Assembly: GCA_050273025.1 (NCBI GenBank)
Contig: CP158635.1
Coordinates: forward strand, 1,612,001-1,676,000
Source: Cenococcum geophilum
Lineage: Eukaryota
Direction: 5' to 3'
Length of the DNA stretch: 64,000 bases
Shown: piece after piece, positions 27,868-40,600 of the stretch
Numbering within the stretch: the first letter of the stretch is position 1
Layout of the letters: every line of letters begins with the position of its first letter
Position numbers and translations under genes: made by a program
The notes under the pieces: generated by a model
Database searches by the model: none
What the model was told of the DNA's origin: nothing
The model's input: only the letters and a program-made list of their open reading frames with translations

Positions 27868-28016
27868 TAAGATGTCCAGGAACTTCGACTAGCGGTCGAA
27901 GTTATTTAATTAGTCACATTCTGCAGACCCTAACTTAAACCAGCTAATTAGGATTTTCTATCCCTAGGATAAAAAATCGCTATTAGCTCGCTTACCGCTA
28001 GCGCCTTAGCGGCCCT
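27868..28016 (+). promoter_or_regulatory. 3'-UTR palindrome/CCAAT-like cassette in B3 (P1 and P2)
   Basis: aacttcgact-agc-ggtcgaagtt followed by the gattttctatccc-t-aggataaaaaatc dyad; shared with other families. Confidence 0.5.
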
Positions 28017-30909
28017 ACTAACAAGATACCTACCTACAACTCATTATTAAGAAAGCACCACGTGCTAAGAGGCAAATTTTAGAACAGCGAGACTTATATT
28101 ATAATGGCAATAGTAAGTAAGGAGGATTAATTTTTATTCCGCTAGTTAAGCGGTATATATATATATAGATGGCAACCATAAAAGAAGAGTTGCTAGTATT
28201 GGGAATAAAGGCATATAAGGCATATTGCCGTCACGTGCCGCCGCGGCACTAGCGTAGTGAGGAACCTTAAGTTCCTTACCCCTTTCTTTAAGAATAACAA
28301 GAACAACTATTATACTATCTACGAACCGTAGCTATGTAATATCACCTTATGTAACCAATAGAGTGTTTATAGGAATAATATAGAAAGTAATATATCTTAA
28401 GGGGGTTTAGACCCTAATTATACTAAGAGAGATTATAGTACCTTTACTAAAGCGAATTATATATTAGCCTGCCATTAATTAGTTAATTTAAATAGAGCTA
28501 TTAAGCTACTAAAGAGCTCGAACTTAAGGTTCTCCTATTATAGATACTCCTGCGGCTCCTATATCCGGTATAATACTATAAAAAATATACGCCGAGTATC
28601 TATTATTAAAGGAAAACGCGGAACTCTTCTTTAGCTTATTAAAGATATTTAATTTTATAATAAAATGGAGCGTAGATTAATTATTAAGAATAGTAACAGT
28701 TTATATACTATTTACCTTACTATACTTAGTAAAGTATTAGTTAGGGGAGTAGTTTTAAATTTCTATATCTATAAGGAGCTATTTAGCCTTATTAACCTTA
28801 CCCTTAAGATCTTCTACGCCTTTATATTAAACTAAGAAGCTTTAAAAGTAGGCTATAGTAACCTTATAATTTTTAATATTTTTTATACTTTAATAGAACT
28901 TATTATATGCCTCTTTTTGCTTATTAAGGGAGTATCTAGTTAACTAGCAATTTGGCTTCTTATAAATGTAATACTTTTTTTAGTAATTACTTTAAAATAA
29001 ACCTCTATAAGGACCTCTATAATTACCTTATAGTTAATATTAATTATACCCTCTTCTATATTCCCTACTACGGCCACTATATATTTAATTAGTTTAGTTA
29101 TAATTATATTAGTTAGGAATACTTAGTTAGGTAAAGTTTTTAGTATAAAACTATTAAGATTCTTATATTTATATTATAGTACCTATAGCGAAGTATAGCT
29201 TAGCGTATACTTCTTTAAACGTATTTATAGGTTTATATAGCACCAAGTTACACTTAAGAACGTTATAGCATACTAAGATAACCTAGTCCCTTAGGCTGTT
29301 CTTATTTTAGTAAGTTTTAGTAAGGCTATATTAGATTTTTTAAAGTTTATTAAAGAGTAGTTAAAGGCACTTTAAATAAGTCTTTATTAGGTTAGAAGTA
29401 ATAACTCTCTAGAATATAGTTTCTCGCCATTTAGAAATATAAAGTTAGCAATTTTTATTAGTCTTAAAGTAAGCTTTAGTAAGCTAAAGTATTATATTAA
29501 AGCTATAGTTTTTACCCGTAATATAGTTATAATAAAATATTACTACCCGTCCTTTTAATATAATGGAGAAAGTATAGTAGTACTAGTAGCATTAAATTCT
29601 AACCTTATTATAACAGTTATAGAAGACCTATAGTTTTGCTCTAAGTATATTATATAGTTCTCCTTTAAACTTTTTCTCTTTATTTAAATATACCTTTATT
29701 AAATTCGTAACTTCTTATAATAAAGGGTTACCAGTTAGCTAGAATAGAGGAGCTAAAGGCAATAAAGGTAGAAGAGGAGTACCTCTAGGTAAAAGAGCAC
29801 CTTTAGGTAGGAGAATATCTCTAGGTAGGAGAGTAGCGTTCTAGGGGTTTTATTCTAAATTAAAGTTACCTTCTAAAGAATATAGGTTAGTTTTAGGTTT
29901 CTATAATTAACATATAATCTTAGCTTCCGTCTATACTAGTTCTTCTATACTAGTAATAATGGCCTAAATATTACTAGTAATTAGGTTACCGTTCTTAGCA
30001 ATATATACCCCGTTTCTATAAAGAAAGTCTTAAAAATCCTAAATAATATTAATATTGCTAAGTGCCTAGGTGTTAGCGGTCCATCCTATAAAATCCTCCT
30101 TAAAATATTCCTATAGCTATAAATTGGTATAGTGTTTACTTTAGTAGAATATAATACGGTATAGAAGAAAGCTATTAACTTATTTTATGGTATAAGTTAT
30201 TATATTAAAGATAAATTCGTCCTAATTTTTATTAATAAGTTTCGCGTATAAAGCTACCCCTAGTAGTAAGGAGTCTTCCTAGTTGTTTAAAGTAGGCGTA
30301 GCTATATTTTTAGAGGGAGGGAAGTATTATTAGTATAGGGATTATTGTTTAGTACGCGTTTATAATATATATTTATTATTTAGTACGCGTTTATTATTTA
30401 ATACGCGTTTATTATTTAGTATGCGTTTATAATATATATTTATAATTATAGGGCTTAGGACTAGTTCTAGCCTTAAATTATAAAGACTTATAAAGTATAT
30501 TATTCTGCGTAATAGACGCAAGAATCTATAATCTTAGAAAGGCTTAGGACCAGTTCTAGCCTTTAAATCCTTAAATTTATAAAAGAGTTCTATTTAAGGT
30601 TTAGAACCAGTTTTAACCTTAAAAAATAGCTTCCTCTAGTACAAGTAGCACTAGTATAGTAGCTTATCTCTTCTTAGTGGAATACCTAGCTGTTCTATAG
30701 TATAACAGTAAAGTTAACCACTAATTAGTATTAGTTACATAAGGTAATATTATATAGCTACGGTTTGTAGATAGTATAATAATTGTTATTATTCTATATA
30801 TCTTTATAAGGGAGGGCGAGGAGCTTAAGGCTCCTCGCCACGCCAGTGCCGTGGCGATATATAACGGCAACTTGCCGTACGTAACAGCAACTTACTAGTA
30901 TTCCCAACA

Positions 30910-31602
30910 GTCTTTATATTTTAGAAAAAACTAACTACTTAACTCTATATTAAGGCACTACTATCTACTATATATTACCTAGAAATAGATATATATATAT
31001 ATATTATTTATAAGATAACTAGATTAACTAGCTTATATTTACTAAGTTTACTATAAATAATTCCGTCTTAGAAACTATAAAGGTCTCCCCGTTTTTAGCT
31101 AACTATAGCTAGTATCTATAAATAGGTTTTAAACCTTTTAGCAACGTTCCTTACTCCGCTTATTATACCTTATAAGTTATAAAAGCAAAAAAAATTATAG
31201 AAAAGATAGAGGAACTATAATAGTTCTTTACTAATAAAATAATATAGGCTTAATTTATTTATAAAGCTGTAGCGAATAAGAAATAAACCCTAGTACTAGC
31301 CTATTAAATTAGTAACTTTATCTAGCTAGATATAAGAAATCTAAATATAAAACAACCTATTAAGAAACTTAATTAGAAGAACGTTAGCTCTTATAAAGTT
31401 AAGAAGATTATCTCCTCTTACTTCTACTAATTAAAGCTCCCTAATACGGTTAAAATCCACCCTATATTCTATATGTTAGTCCTCTACCCTATTACCCCTA
31501 TATTAAATACCCTGCCTAAATAAATATAGGACCCTCCCCTACTAGTTAAAGTAGATAGTAAGAATAAATACTTTATTAAAAGAATTAATAACATTAAGTA
31601 TA
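30910..31602 (+). mobile_element. Gypsy E segment 2 (integrase core to chromodomain start)
   Basis: Continues the frame broken at 17646. Motifs LSTAYHPETD, KKLDWKN.G.Y, IHP.FHVS.L, EYF.ERIDDIKY. Confidence 0.87.
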
Positions 31603-34600
31603 TATTACGGAACCCTACCGTAGGGGCCTCTATAGGAGAGCCCTGTGCTTTTATATACACCTCGCGTATAGCTTATATCAGCTACATATAGGTATATTAC
31701 CTCCTTACGCCCTTAACCCTTACGATTAATCGCGTAATATCTTATAGACTCCTCGAATACATACGCTTTGTAGCTACTACCCCCGTCCCATAATATTACG
31801 TTACGCCTTTTTTACTACTAACGCTTAGCCTACGACCAATTCTACGTCTTTGTAATACTGTAGGCGCTGCTAGAAGCAGCGTGTCTATAAATTACCTTAC
31901 TTTATACTTTTAAGGAACCCATAATAGTAAGATAATATCCCTTATTAGCTACTATATTAAACCTAAAGAACAATCTAATACCTATATTTAACCTACGACG
32001 CTAATTAATCCTAGGAGAATTTAATTTATTAACCTTAGCCTTAACCTCTAATAAGATGGACACTAATAATGTCTTATCTTTTATTAACTATATAACTACG
32101 GATAAGTAAATAAAAGGGCTATTACCTATTAAAATCGAAATATAAGACGCTAAGACGTTTATAAAAATGGTAGCATAAGACCCTAATAAATACTACTGCC
32201 TTTTATAGAACTACTACCTAAAGCTTATATAAGCTGAGATGCGTACTACCTAAGATCGCGATATTATTTAAGACCTATAAGCTTATAAGGCGCTTGCCGA
32301 TAATATACGTTAAGAAACTAAAGATAACCTTTATATATCTAAACGCGACATCTAATAGTTAAAGAAGGCTAAGATTATACTAATTGCTACGGTTACTAAA
32401 AGAGAAGGCATAATTAAATACCTATAATCTTAGCTTAATAAGCATATTCGTAACAACGCTAGATACCTCTTTACTATATATAACACTACCTAAGCCTCTA
32501 CGCCCCCGGTAACTTTACCTACTTAATGCTTAATAAAGGGCTAGTGCTAAGCAGCTTTATCTAATAGGAACCCCTACTAAAGCAGTAACAATAAAAGCTA
32601 TAATAATTAGACCTAAACTGCTACTATAAGGTCTAATATACGCTACCTTAATCCCCTAGTCTTTTAGGGAGACTATAAGGAATATAGCTGTTAAAAGATA
32701 TAAATCCGCGAGAAACTAACTTAGAGCGCCTACCTTTTTCCTACGGAAGATACTAAGATTAGCTATATTATTGGGTAAATAAAGGGTATACCATTTAATA
32801 GACTCTTCGCCTAATAGGAAACTAGTAGCCCCTAGAAGTAGCAGTCCTACTAAAAAGTCCTTAATAATCTTAACCTAATATACCGCGACTACAACCTACT
32901 AGCCACTAACTAAGCTAAACTACGTGCCCTAAAGATAAGCCCTACTAAATTATTTAATAAATTTTATATTAAATTCCAGGAATATACTAGAGCCCTCGCC
33001 TAAGATAATACTAAAAACTAAAAGAACCTCTTTAAAAAAGGTACTTATTGCCTTAGTTACGCAGCCACTAGCTATAACTATAACGATATTTATAATATAG
33101 TAGCAGCTCTATAGAAGATTAAATAACGACTAAATTAGATTACTATTACTAATTCTTACCTAAAGATCTCTCTATAGAAGCCCTCTAGGCCTACTAAACC
33201 TATATATACTAAGCCACTAATACTTACTACCTTAAGTACTACTAGAACTAATATTGATTTCTCTATACTAACCTTTCTATAAAAACTCCTGGGTAGGGGG
33301 CACGAGCTACTCTAAAAACTAGGACGCTACTATAAATGCCATTAAGAAGGCTATTATTGCGATAACTTAAACTACCTAATAGCTAGGTTTAGTAGCTGCC
33401 GCCTAATACCTAACCTAATACCCTAAACACTAAATACGTTACTACGCGCTATTATTATATAAGACGAAAACGTAGTAATAGTGGTAGAGTTAGATACGGA
33501 AGCGGAAAACGCTAAGTCCTAGCCCTAAGTTATAGGTTAGGATGCCCTAATAACGGAGGGATCTATATATTGGCTTGCTTAATAGATAACTCTATAAAAA
33601 TTAATAGATAGAAATAGATAGTTTTACCTATAATAGGAACTACTGCTAAAAAATAATATAAAAGCCGTTCTATAATTAATTATAAAACTATTAATAAATT
33701 TATAGATACCTAATTTATATATACTTATAACCTACCTACCTTACCCCTTACTAAAGCCTGCGCCCTATAACTCGCTAATAGTAATTATACTATATAGAAG
33801 ATTACCTATATAGTATAACTTTACCTAGGTATAAATAGGCACTAGGAAGAACTTTAGGCCTATATTACACTACTTACTAACTACCTTATTATTCTTAGAA
33901 CGAACTAGCTTAAATAATATAACCCCACCATTAACTAGAAGAAGAAAGAAGTAACCTTTAACTCTAAATACTGTAGAGAGACTTGCCTAGGGCATAGCTT
34001 AGCCGCCTCTATTTACTCCTTAGGATATTAACCTAAGGAACCCTTTATTACCCTACCTATAACTAACTACTACTATATAAGTGCCCTGGCCTTCTACCGC
34101 ATAATATATAAAAAAGGCTAAACCGTTACTATAGCTTCCTAATTATAACTATATAAGCTTAATAAAGAATAGGACTACGTCCTTTATAGTAATAGGATAG
34201 ATATAGTTAACCTTTTAGAAGATAACGCCCCTATAAAACTCTATAGACTTTTACCTTTAGACTTTAAGAAGTTTATAAAGCTTAAAAAAAGAACTTACTA
34301 ACGAAGAACTCCCTAAGCTTCTCCCTAAGAGGTACTATAACTTTACTGATATATGCTTATAAAAGAGCATAGATATACTCCCCCTATATTAACCTAATAA
34401 CTATACTATTAATATTAAATAAGGAAAAATACTACCTTATAAAAGACCCTACCTAATATTAAAAGATAAACTTCTAGTTATAAAAAAGTATATTAACGAG
34501 CACCTTAATAAAGGATTTATTTGTCCTAGCATATTACCAGCAGCCGCCCCTATTCTTCTCGCTAAGAAGCTAGAAGGAGGTATTCGATTCTATATTAACT

Positions 34601-37600
34601 ATAGAGGACTTAACGCTATTATAATTAAAAACTAATACCTAGTACCGCTTATATATAAGACCCTAAAGCGGCTTAGTTAAGCTAAAATCTATACTAAGCT
34701 CGATATTATTGCCGCCTTTAACTATCCCTAAATATAGGAAGGTAATGAATAGAAAACCGCATTTGTATTGCGCTTTAGCTAATTTAAATATACTATTATG
34801 CCCTTTAGCGTATATAACGGCCTAAGCACCTTTTAAAGCTATATTAATAACGCCTTATAGGACTACTTTAATGACTTTTGCTCTGCGTACCTAGATAATA
34901 TACTTATTTATAATAATAACCCCTTTAAGTATACTAAATACGTTTAAAAGGTCCTATAGCGCCTTAGGGACGTAGGACTTTATATTAATTTAAAGAAATG
35001 TAAATTCTTAGTTATAGAAGTAAAATACCTTAAACTAATTATTACTACTAAGGGTGTCCGTATGGACCCTAAGAAGGTATATATAATTACCAAATAGTAA
35101 GCCCCTAACTATATTAAGGATATATAAGCCTTCCTTAGTTTTGCTAACTTCTATTAAAAATTTACATATAACTTCTTAGGCGTAATAGCACTACTTATAG
35201 TAATAATATAAACGAAGGGCCTTTTTATAAAAGGAAGAAAAACGCACCTACGCTTTACCTAGACGCCTAAATACGAGAAGGCGTTCTAAGACCTTAAAAA
35301 TGCCTTTACTAAAGCACCTGTCCTAGCTTACTTTATACTAGGATAATAACTCTACTTTAAAACCGACTCCTTAAACTACGTTAATGTAAGCGTTCTCTTC
35401 TAAATAGGTAATAACGGTCTTCTTTACCTAGTCGCATTTTACTTGTCTAAGCTTATACTATAAGAATATAACTATAAGATCTATAATAAAGAACTCCTTA
35501 TAATTATATAAGCGTTTAAAAAATTCTAATTAGAATTCTTTTTAGTAGAGCCTAACTAGCTAACTAAAATCCTTACGGACTATTGCAACCTTAAGTACTT
35601 TATAACTATAAAGTAGCTAAACTAATACTAAGTACGTTAAAACGAGTTCCTCTCTAGTTTTAACTTTAAAATTATATATAGACTAGGAGTATAAGGTACT
35701 AAACCTAATAGCCTAATACGCCGCTTGCAAGACCTTCCTTAGTTTAAAAATAACCCTTATAATTAGTTCTAATAATAGACAATCCTAAACGTATAAAATT
35801 TAGCTTTAGGTATACTACCTATAATAAAGCTAACTATACCCTAGCTTTATACTATAGAACTAGAGTTACCTCTTAAAATTAATAAGCTTATTACTACGGT
35901 ATATAACGCCTCTATTAACCTATTACTATATTAACTTATTACCATAAAGACTACTAGCGCCCGTACGCTACCTATTAACCTCTAAAGCTTAGGCTATATT
36001 AATATAGCAGCTTTAGAAGTAAAAGAGAACAGGCTTTATTATAGAGGCCGCCTATTTATCCCTAACTTAAAAAATCTATAACGGCAACTAATCTAAATGG
36101 CCTACGACCTCCGATTAAGCGGCTACCTAGGTAAAAAAGAAACCTATAAGCTTCTTAGCTAATACTACTTCTGGCTAAAAATAATAGACTTAGTTAAACG
36201 CTTTATAGGCGTCTACTACGGTTATAAGCGCGCTAAGGCCTTTAATATAAAGTACTAAGAACTACTACATCCTCTACTAGTACCTATACGACGATAGGCA
36301 GATATTGCTATAGATTTCGTAGTTAACCTACTACCCTATAAACGACATAGCCGTACCTATAAGAACATTCTTATAATAATATGCCGACTTATAAAAGAGC
36401 GCCACTACTTCCTAACCAAAGGTGTAGCTATTAGCGACGTTACTAACACCTTTTTTCGCAAAGTTTACCGACTATATAAGTTACCTAACTTAATTATATC
36501 TAACTAAGGTATATAATTTAACTCTAATATATAGAGACGAATCTACTAACGCCTTAGTATCTTTAATAAGATATCTATATCCTTTTACTATAAAACTACT
36601 AGGTAACCGGAAAACGCTAATACTAGTATAAAAGCGTACCTATAATAGGTAGTTGCCTATAGTTAAGATAACTGGGTAGATTACCTCCTACTAGGTAAAT
36701 TTATAGCAAATAACTACGTCTTAACTACTATAGGACTTACCCCGTTTTTTATAAATAAGGGTTATTACCCCTAATCTGGCATAAAGCCACTAGAACCTAT
36801 TAATAAGAAACTGCTATATAAAAAACGCCTTAAGATGCTACTTACTAACTAGTATACAGACTGTATAAAAAATCTACTCAACTATTGCAAGGGAGAAATG
36901 GCCTAGGCTTAAGTAAAGCAGGCCTACTTCGCTAACTATTATAGAACGCTACCACTGGAGATGCGTATTAGCGACTAGGGATAGCTAGATATATATAATA
37001 TCTCTATATAAAGGCCTATAAAGTTACTCGATTATAAGAACCTTAGCCCCTATTTAATTAAACGAGTTATTAATAAGGGAGCTATATATAAGCTAAAACT
37101 TTTACCTACCCTAGCTACCTATAGGATATAGCCTGAATTTTACCTATAGCTACTATACCTCTATTAGCCTAACCCCTTACTAGGGTAGATATAGCCTAAA
37201 CCCCTACTAGTACTAATCCGAGATAAGAATAAAAACGAGAACTATAAGGAGTAGACCGTTAAACAAATTATTAACTCTAAATACTTTAGTAAAGGTAGAG
37301 GATGACGGCTCTACTATAGAGCTATATATATAGGATTCGACATAAATTAGCCAGAATGGTAACTATAGGAAGACTTCAAAAATATAAAGGATCTAATTAG
37401 CGACTTTTACTACGCGAACCTATAGAAACTAGGCTTAAGTAGAGACTTTATACCTAATCCTTTATAGGAGCTCTTATAGAGTTAAACCGTTATATATTGC
37501 TATATAAGGGCAAATTACCGTTAAATTGCCGTTAGATTATAGTAAAGTGTAATTATATAACCGGAATATTATTATTCATTGCTTAACGTCTGATTTAGAT

Positions 37601-40600
37601 CCCTATTAGGCCCACGCGGACTACTCCTTATATACATATAGGGAGAAAACTCTATTTAAGAAAACGCCGTAATCTATCTCCCCGCCTTTTAGGACTCGCC
37701 TATAAGGCGCCTATAAGGCGCCTGCGGGTCACCTATAGTACTCTACTACCTTACTTTTTAACCTCCTTAGGAACCACTGCTGCCGTAACAAGCCTACAGA
37801 CGCGCTAGTATCGTAAACTTTACTCTACCACTATAGAGTCATTAGGGGGCGCCCGTTGCTTACCCCCCCCCCCCGCCCTTTATTACCATTTCCTTTATAA
37901 CCTAGAACTGGTTTAGTATATTTTAGCTAATAAGCTACTAGGTAACCGCCTTAAGGCCTTTTTATATCGAGAGCAGTGTATTATAGTTCTCTATGCCAGC
38001 TACTAAGAGTATTACTTCTTGGTTAGTGTGTAAGGGGCATAACAGTATTACGTGTTTTGGTATCTGTCTTAGCCAGCCACATTTATATCTTAGGCTACCT
38101 ACTAAAACACCTACCTAGTAGAGCCAGTCTTTTAGTCCTATTATTCCTATTTTTAAGAGTATTGCTATTATATTTTCTGCCTTTGTTAGGCCTTCTTAGA
38201 GCCCTAAAGTGTTTACCCCCTATAGCATTAACCATGCTACGGCTTAGGTTTCTTTTACCTTAGTTAGCCTCTATACCTTTAACTCCTATATACCTCTCTA
38301 GCGTTAGTCCAGCTAGTGTTATATTGCGGTAGATAGTTTCCTAGCATTCTTTTATGCTCTACTTTTGCTCCTTTCTCTCTCTTACTATTATCTTTACTAG
38401 CCTCTTACGCGTTTCCCTTCCTCCTCTATATAGGCCTAGGCCCTAAAGCAGCACCATTCTTCTTCTACTTTCTTTACCTGTTTCTCTAATATATCTTCCC
38501 TACTTTAGGGTTATTAGTTTATTCTCCTATAGGACGCCCTAAGGTCTCTCTATAGTTTATTTAGGCGTGTCTTAATATACTTTATAATATTAGAGTTACG
38601 TTTATTTTACGCCCTTTATATTATAGCGGCTTTAATATATAGTTATAGGGGGGGAATATTAGCTTCCTTTTTAAGCAGTGCTATGGCCGTTTGCTTATAT
38701 CCGCCTGTTATACTCTAAAGGTAGGCTATTTAGACCTTTTGGAGTAGTTTAAGGAGCAATTTAGGGGGGCCTTTTTTAGATTCTCTAATAGCCCAAATAC
38801 TGGACCTATACGTTATAGTTGGCCGGACAACTGCTATATATAGTAGGCGTAACCTCTAAAAGTATGGACCCTATATAGAATTAACGATCCTAGATAATGT
38901 AATATACTATACTTAGCCCTTATGGGCCGCTTATGCCGCATATACGCTCTACTGGAGCTTACTATCTACCCATACTCCTAATACCCTTAGACCCTAAACT
39001 AGTTAACCCCTAAAGCCTTAGATATGAATTATATACTAAAGATCTATAGATTAGTTACGTTTTCTTATAAAGTAGATTAGCTAGTATTTCTCTAGTGAGA
39101 ATTAGACTCTATATCGTCTTGCCTATTCTATATAGGTGTTATAAGCTTTCTCTAGTATTCTGTAATTTTCTGCGGCTATTAGCCCGTATATAATTAGGTT
39201 TATATTATTAATAAAGCTTATCCCCTAGGTCGCCCCTTTCTTAAAGGAGTTAAGTAGGTTGCTTATAAAGAAAAGGAAGAGTATAGGCGAGAGGGATAAT
39301 CATTATGGTATTCCTATTGTAACTATAATAGGGGGGCTCTGGTATCCGCTAAAGACTAATAATATTTCTTTCTAACCTATAAACCCTTAAACAAATTATA
39401 TAATCTATTTTAGGAAGCCTTTTACCCTAAGGATATATAGGAGATGCTTGTGGGGTATATTATTATAGGCACCGCTAATATCTAGGCTAAGCGTTAATAC
39501 TATAAAGTTCCTTCGCATCGCCTATACGGATTTAATGGTAGTAGCGAGTAGTATAAGTGCTAATAGTGTTAAGCGGTTCTTTCTTGCCCCTATTTAGCTT
39601 TATAGTAGTAGGTTATATTCCTTAGCTATATCTGCTATATAGTCCGCTATTACCTTTTTTAAGATCTTGTTAAGGGTATTTTCTAAGGCAATAGGGCGGT
39701 AGCTTCCTAGGATTAAGTAATCTACTTTACCTTCTTTCTATAAAATAACCGTTATTATAGCTCTTCTAAGTCGCGGGTAGTAGCCTATAGTAAAGCATGC
39801 CCTAGCTACGTCTATAAGCTAGGGTGCTATAAATGGTCTATATATTTTTAAGGCCTTATTTAAAATCCTATCTGGTCCTAGTACTATATTGTTTAAAAGG
39901 CGGCTAATAGTTCTGGCCATTTCCTCTATTATTATGTCACTGTTAACCCTTAGGTAAGTTACTAGTGTTTTACCTGTAATGTCGCTAAGGTCTACTAGAG
40001 CTGATTAGGGGAAGAACCTTTCTATAAGGATCTTTACCTTCTTATTATTATTATTAGTGGCCTATAATTCCCCTACTCTTTATAGGGGTGGTAAGTATAA
40101 GTCTTCTGCTAGGCGCCCTACCTTTTTTTTTTAACCTATTTTACTATAGCCTAAAGGCCCTTATTATAGGGGAGGCTCGGGTTAAAAGTATACTTGTTTA
40201 TAAACCGTCTCCAGTTATTCCTTACTTCTTTCTTTAGGGTATTCTTTAACTGGTTTCTTATATCTTTATATCGTCTCTTATTTTTAGGGTTATAGCTACT
40301 TATATATTTCCTTCTTACTCGTTATTAGCTGGTAATAAGAACCGCGTATTATATAGACCATGTATATCGCGTGTAGGGGCTTAGTTTTAAGACCGGGCAG
40401 TACTCTTTTAGCCTGTTTTTAATCGCTGCCTAGATCCTTTTTAGTCTTTAGTTAATTTCCTTAGGGGTAGCTAATAAGCCTTGCTTATTTGGAATTAGGT
40501 GGATTTCTTCTAGGTCTTAGAGTTGTTATTTAACTATATTAAGGAAACTGTCCGTCTTAAGCTTCCTTATTATATATCTTTTGCTACTTAGTTGCGCCTT

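Larger units (their letters stand above)
22355..28360 (+). mobile_element. Copia family B, copy B3, uninterrupted 6.0 kb, inserted antisense into B2
   Basis: LTRs 22355-22558 and 28197-28360, TSD gagta/gagtg. Order gag (~22933), PR DTGA (~24672), IN LHRRFGHP (~25062), RT FGIVGMQTDD (~26862), RH F.DGSF.NNKD.SSQLGY (~27315) is the Copia order. Confidence 0.95.
17647..30909 (-). mobile_element. Copia family B, copy B2, full length with two nested inserts
   Basis: LTRs 17647-17830 and 30729-30909, exact TSD gtctt (17642-17646, 30910-30914), collinear with B1. Confidence 0.93.
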
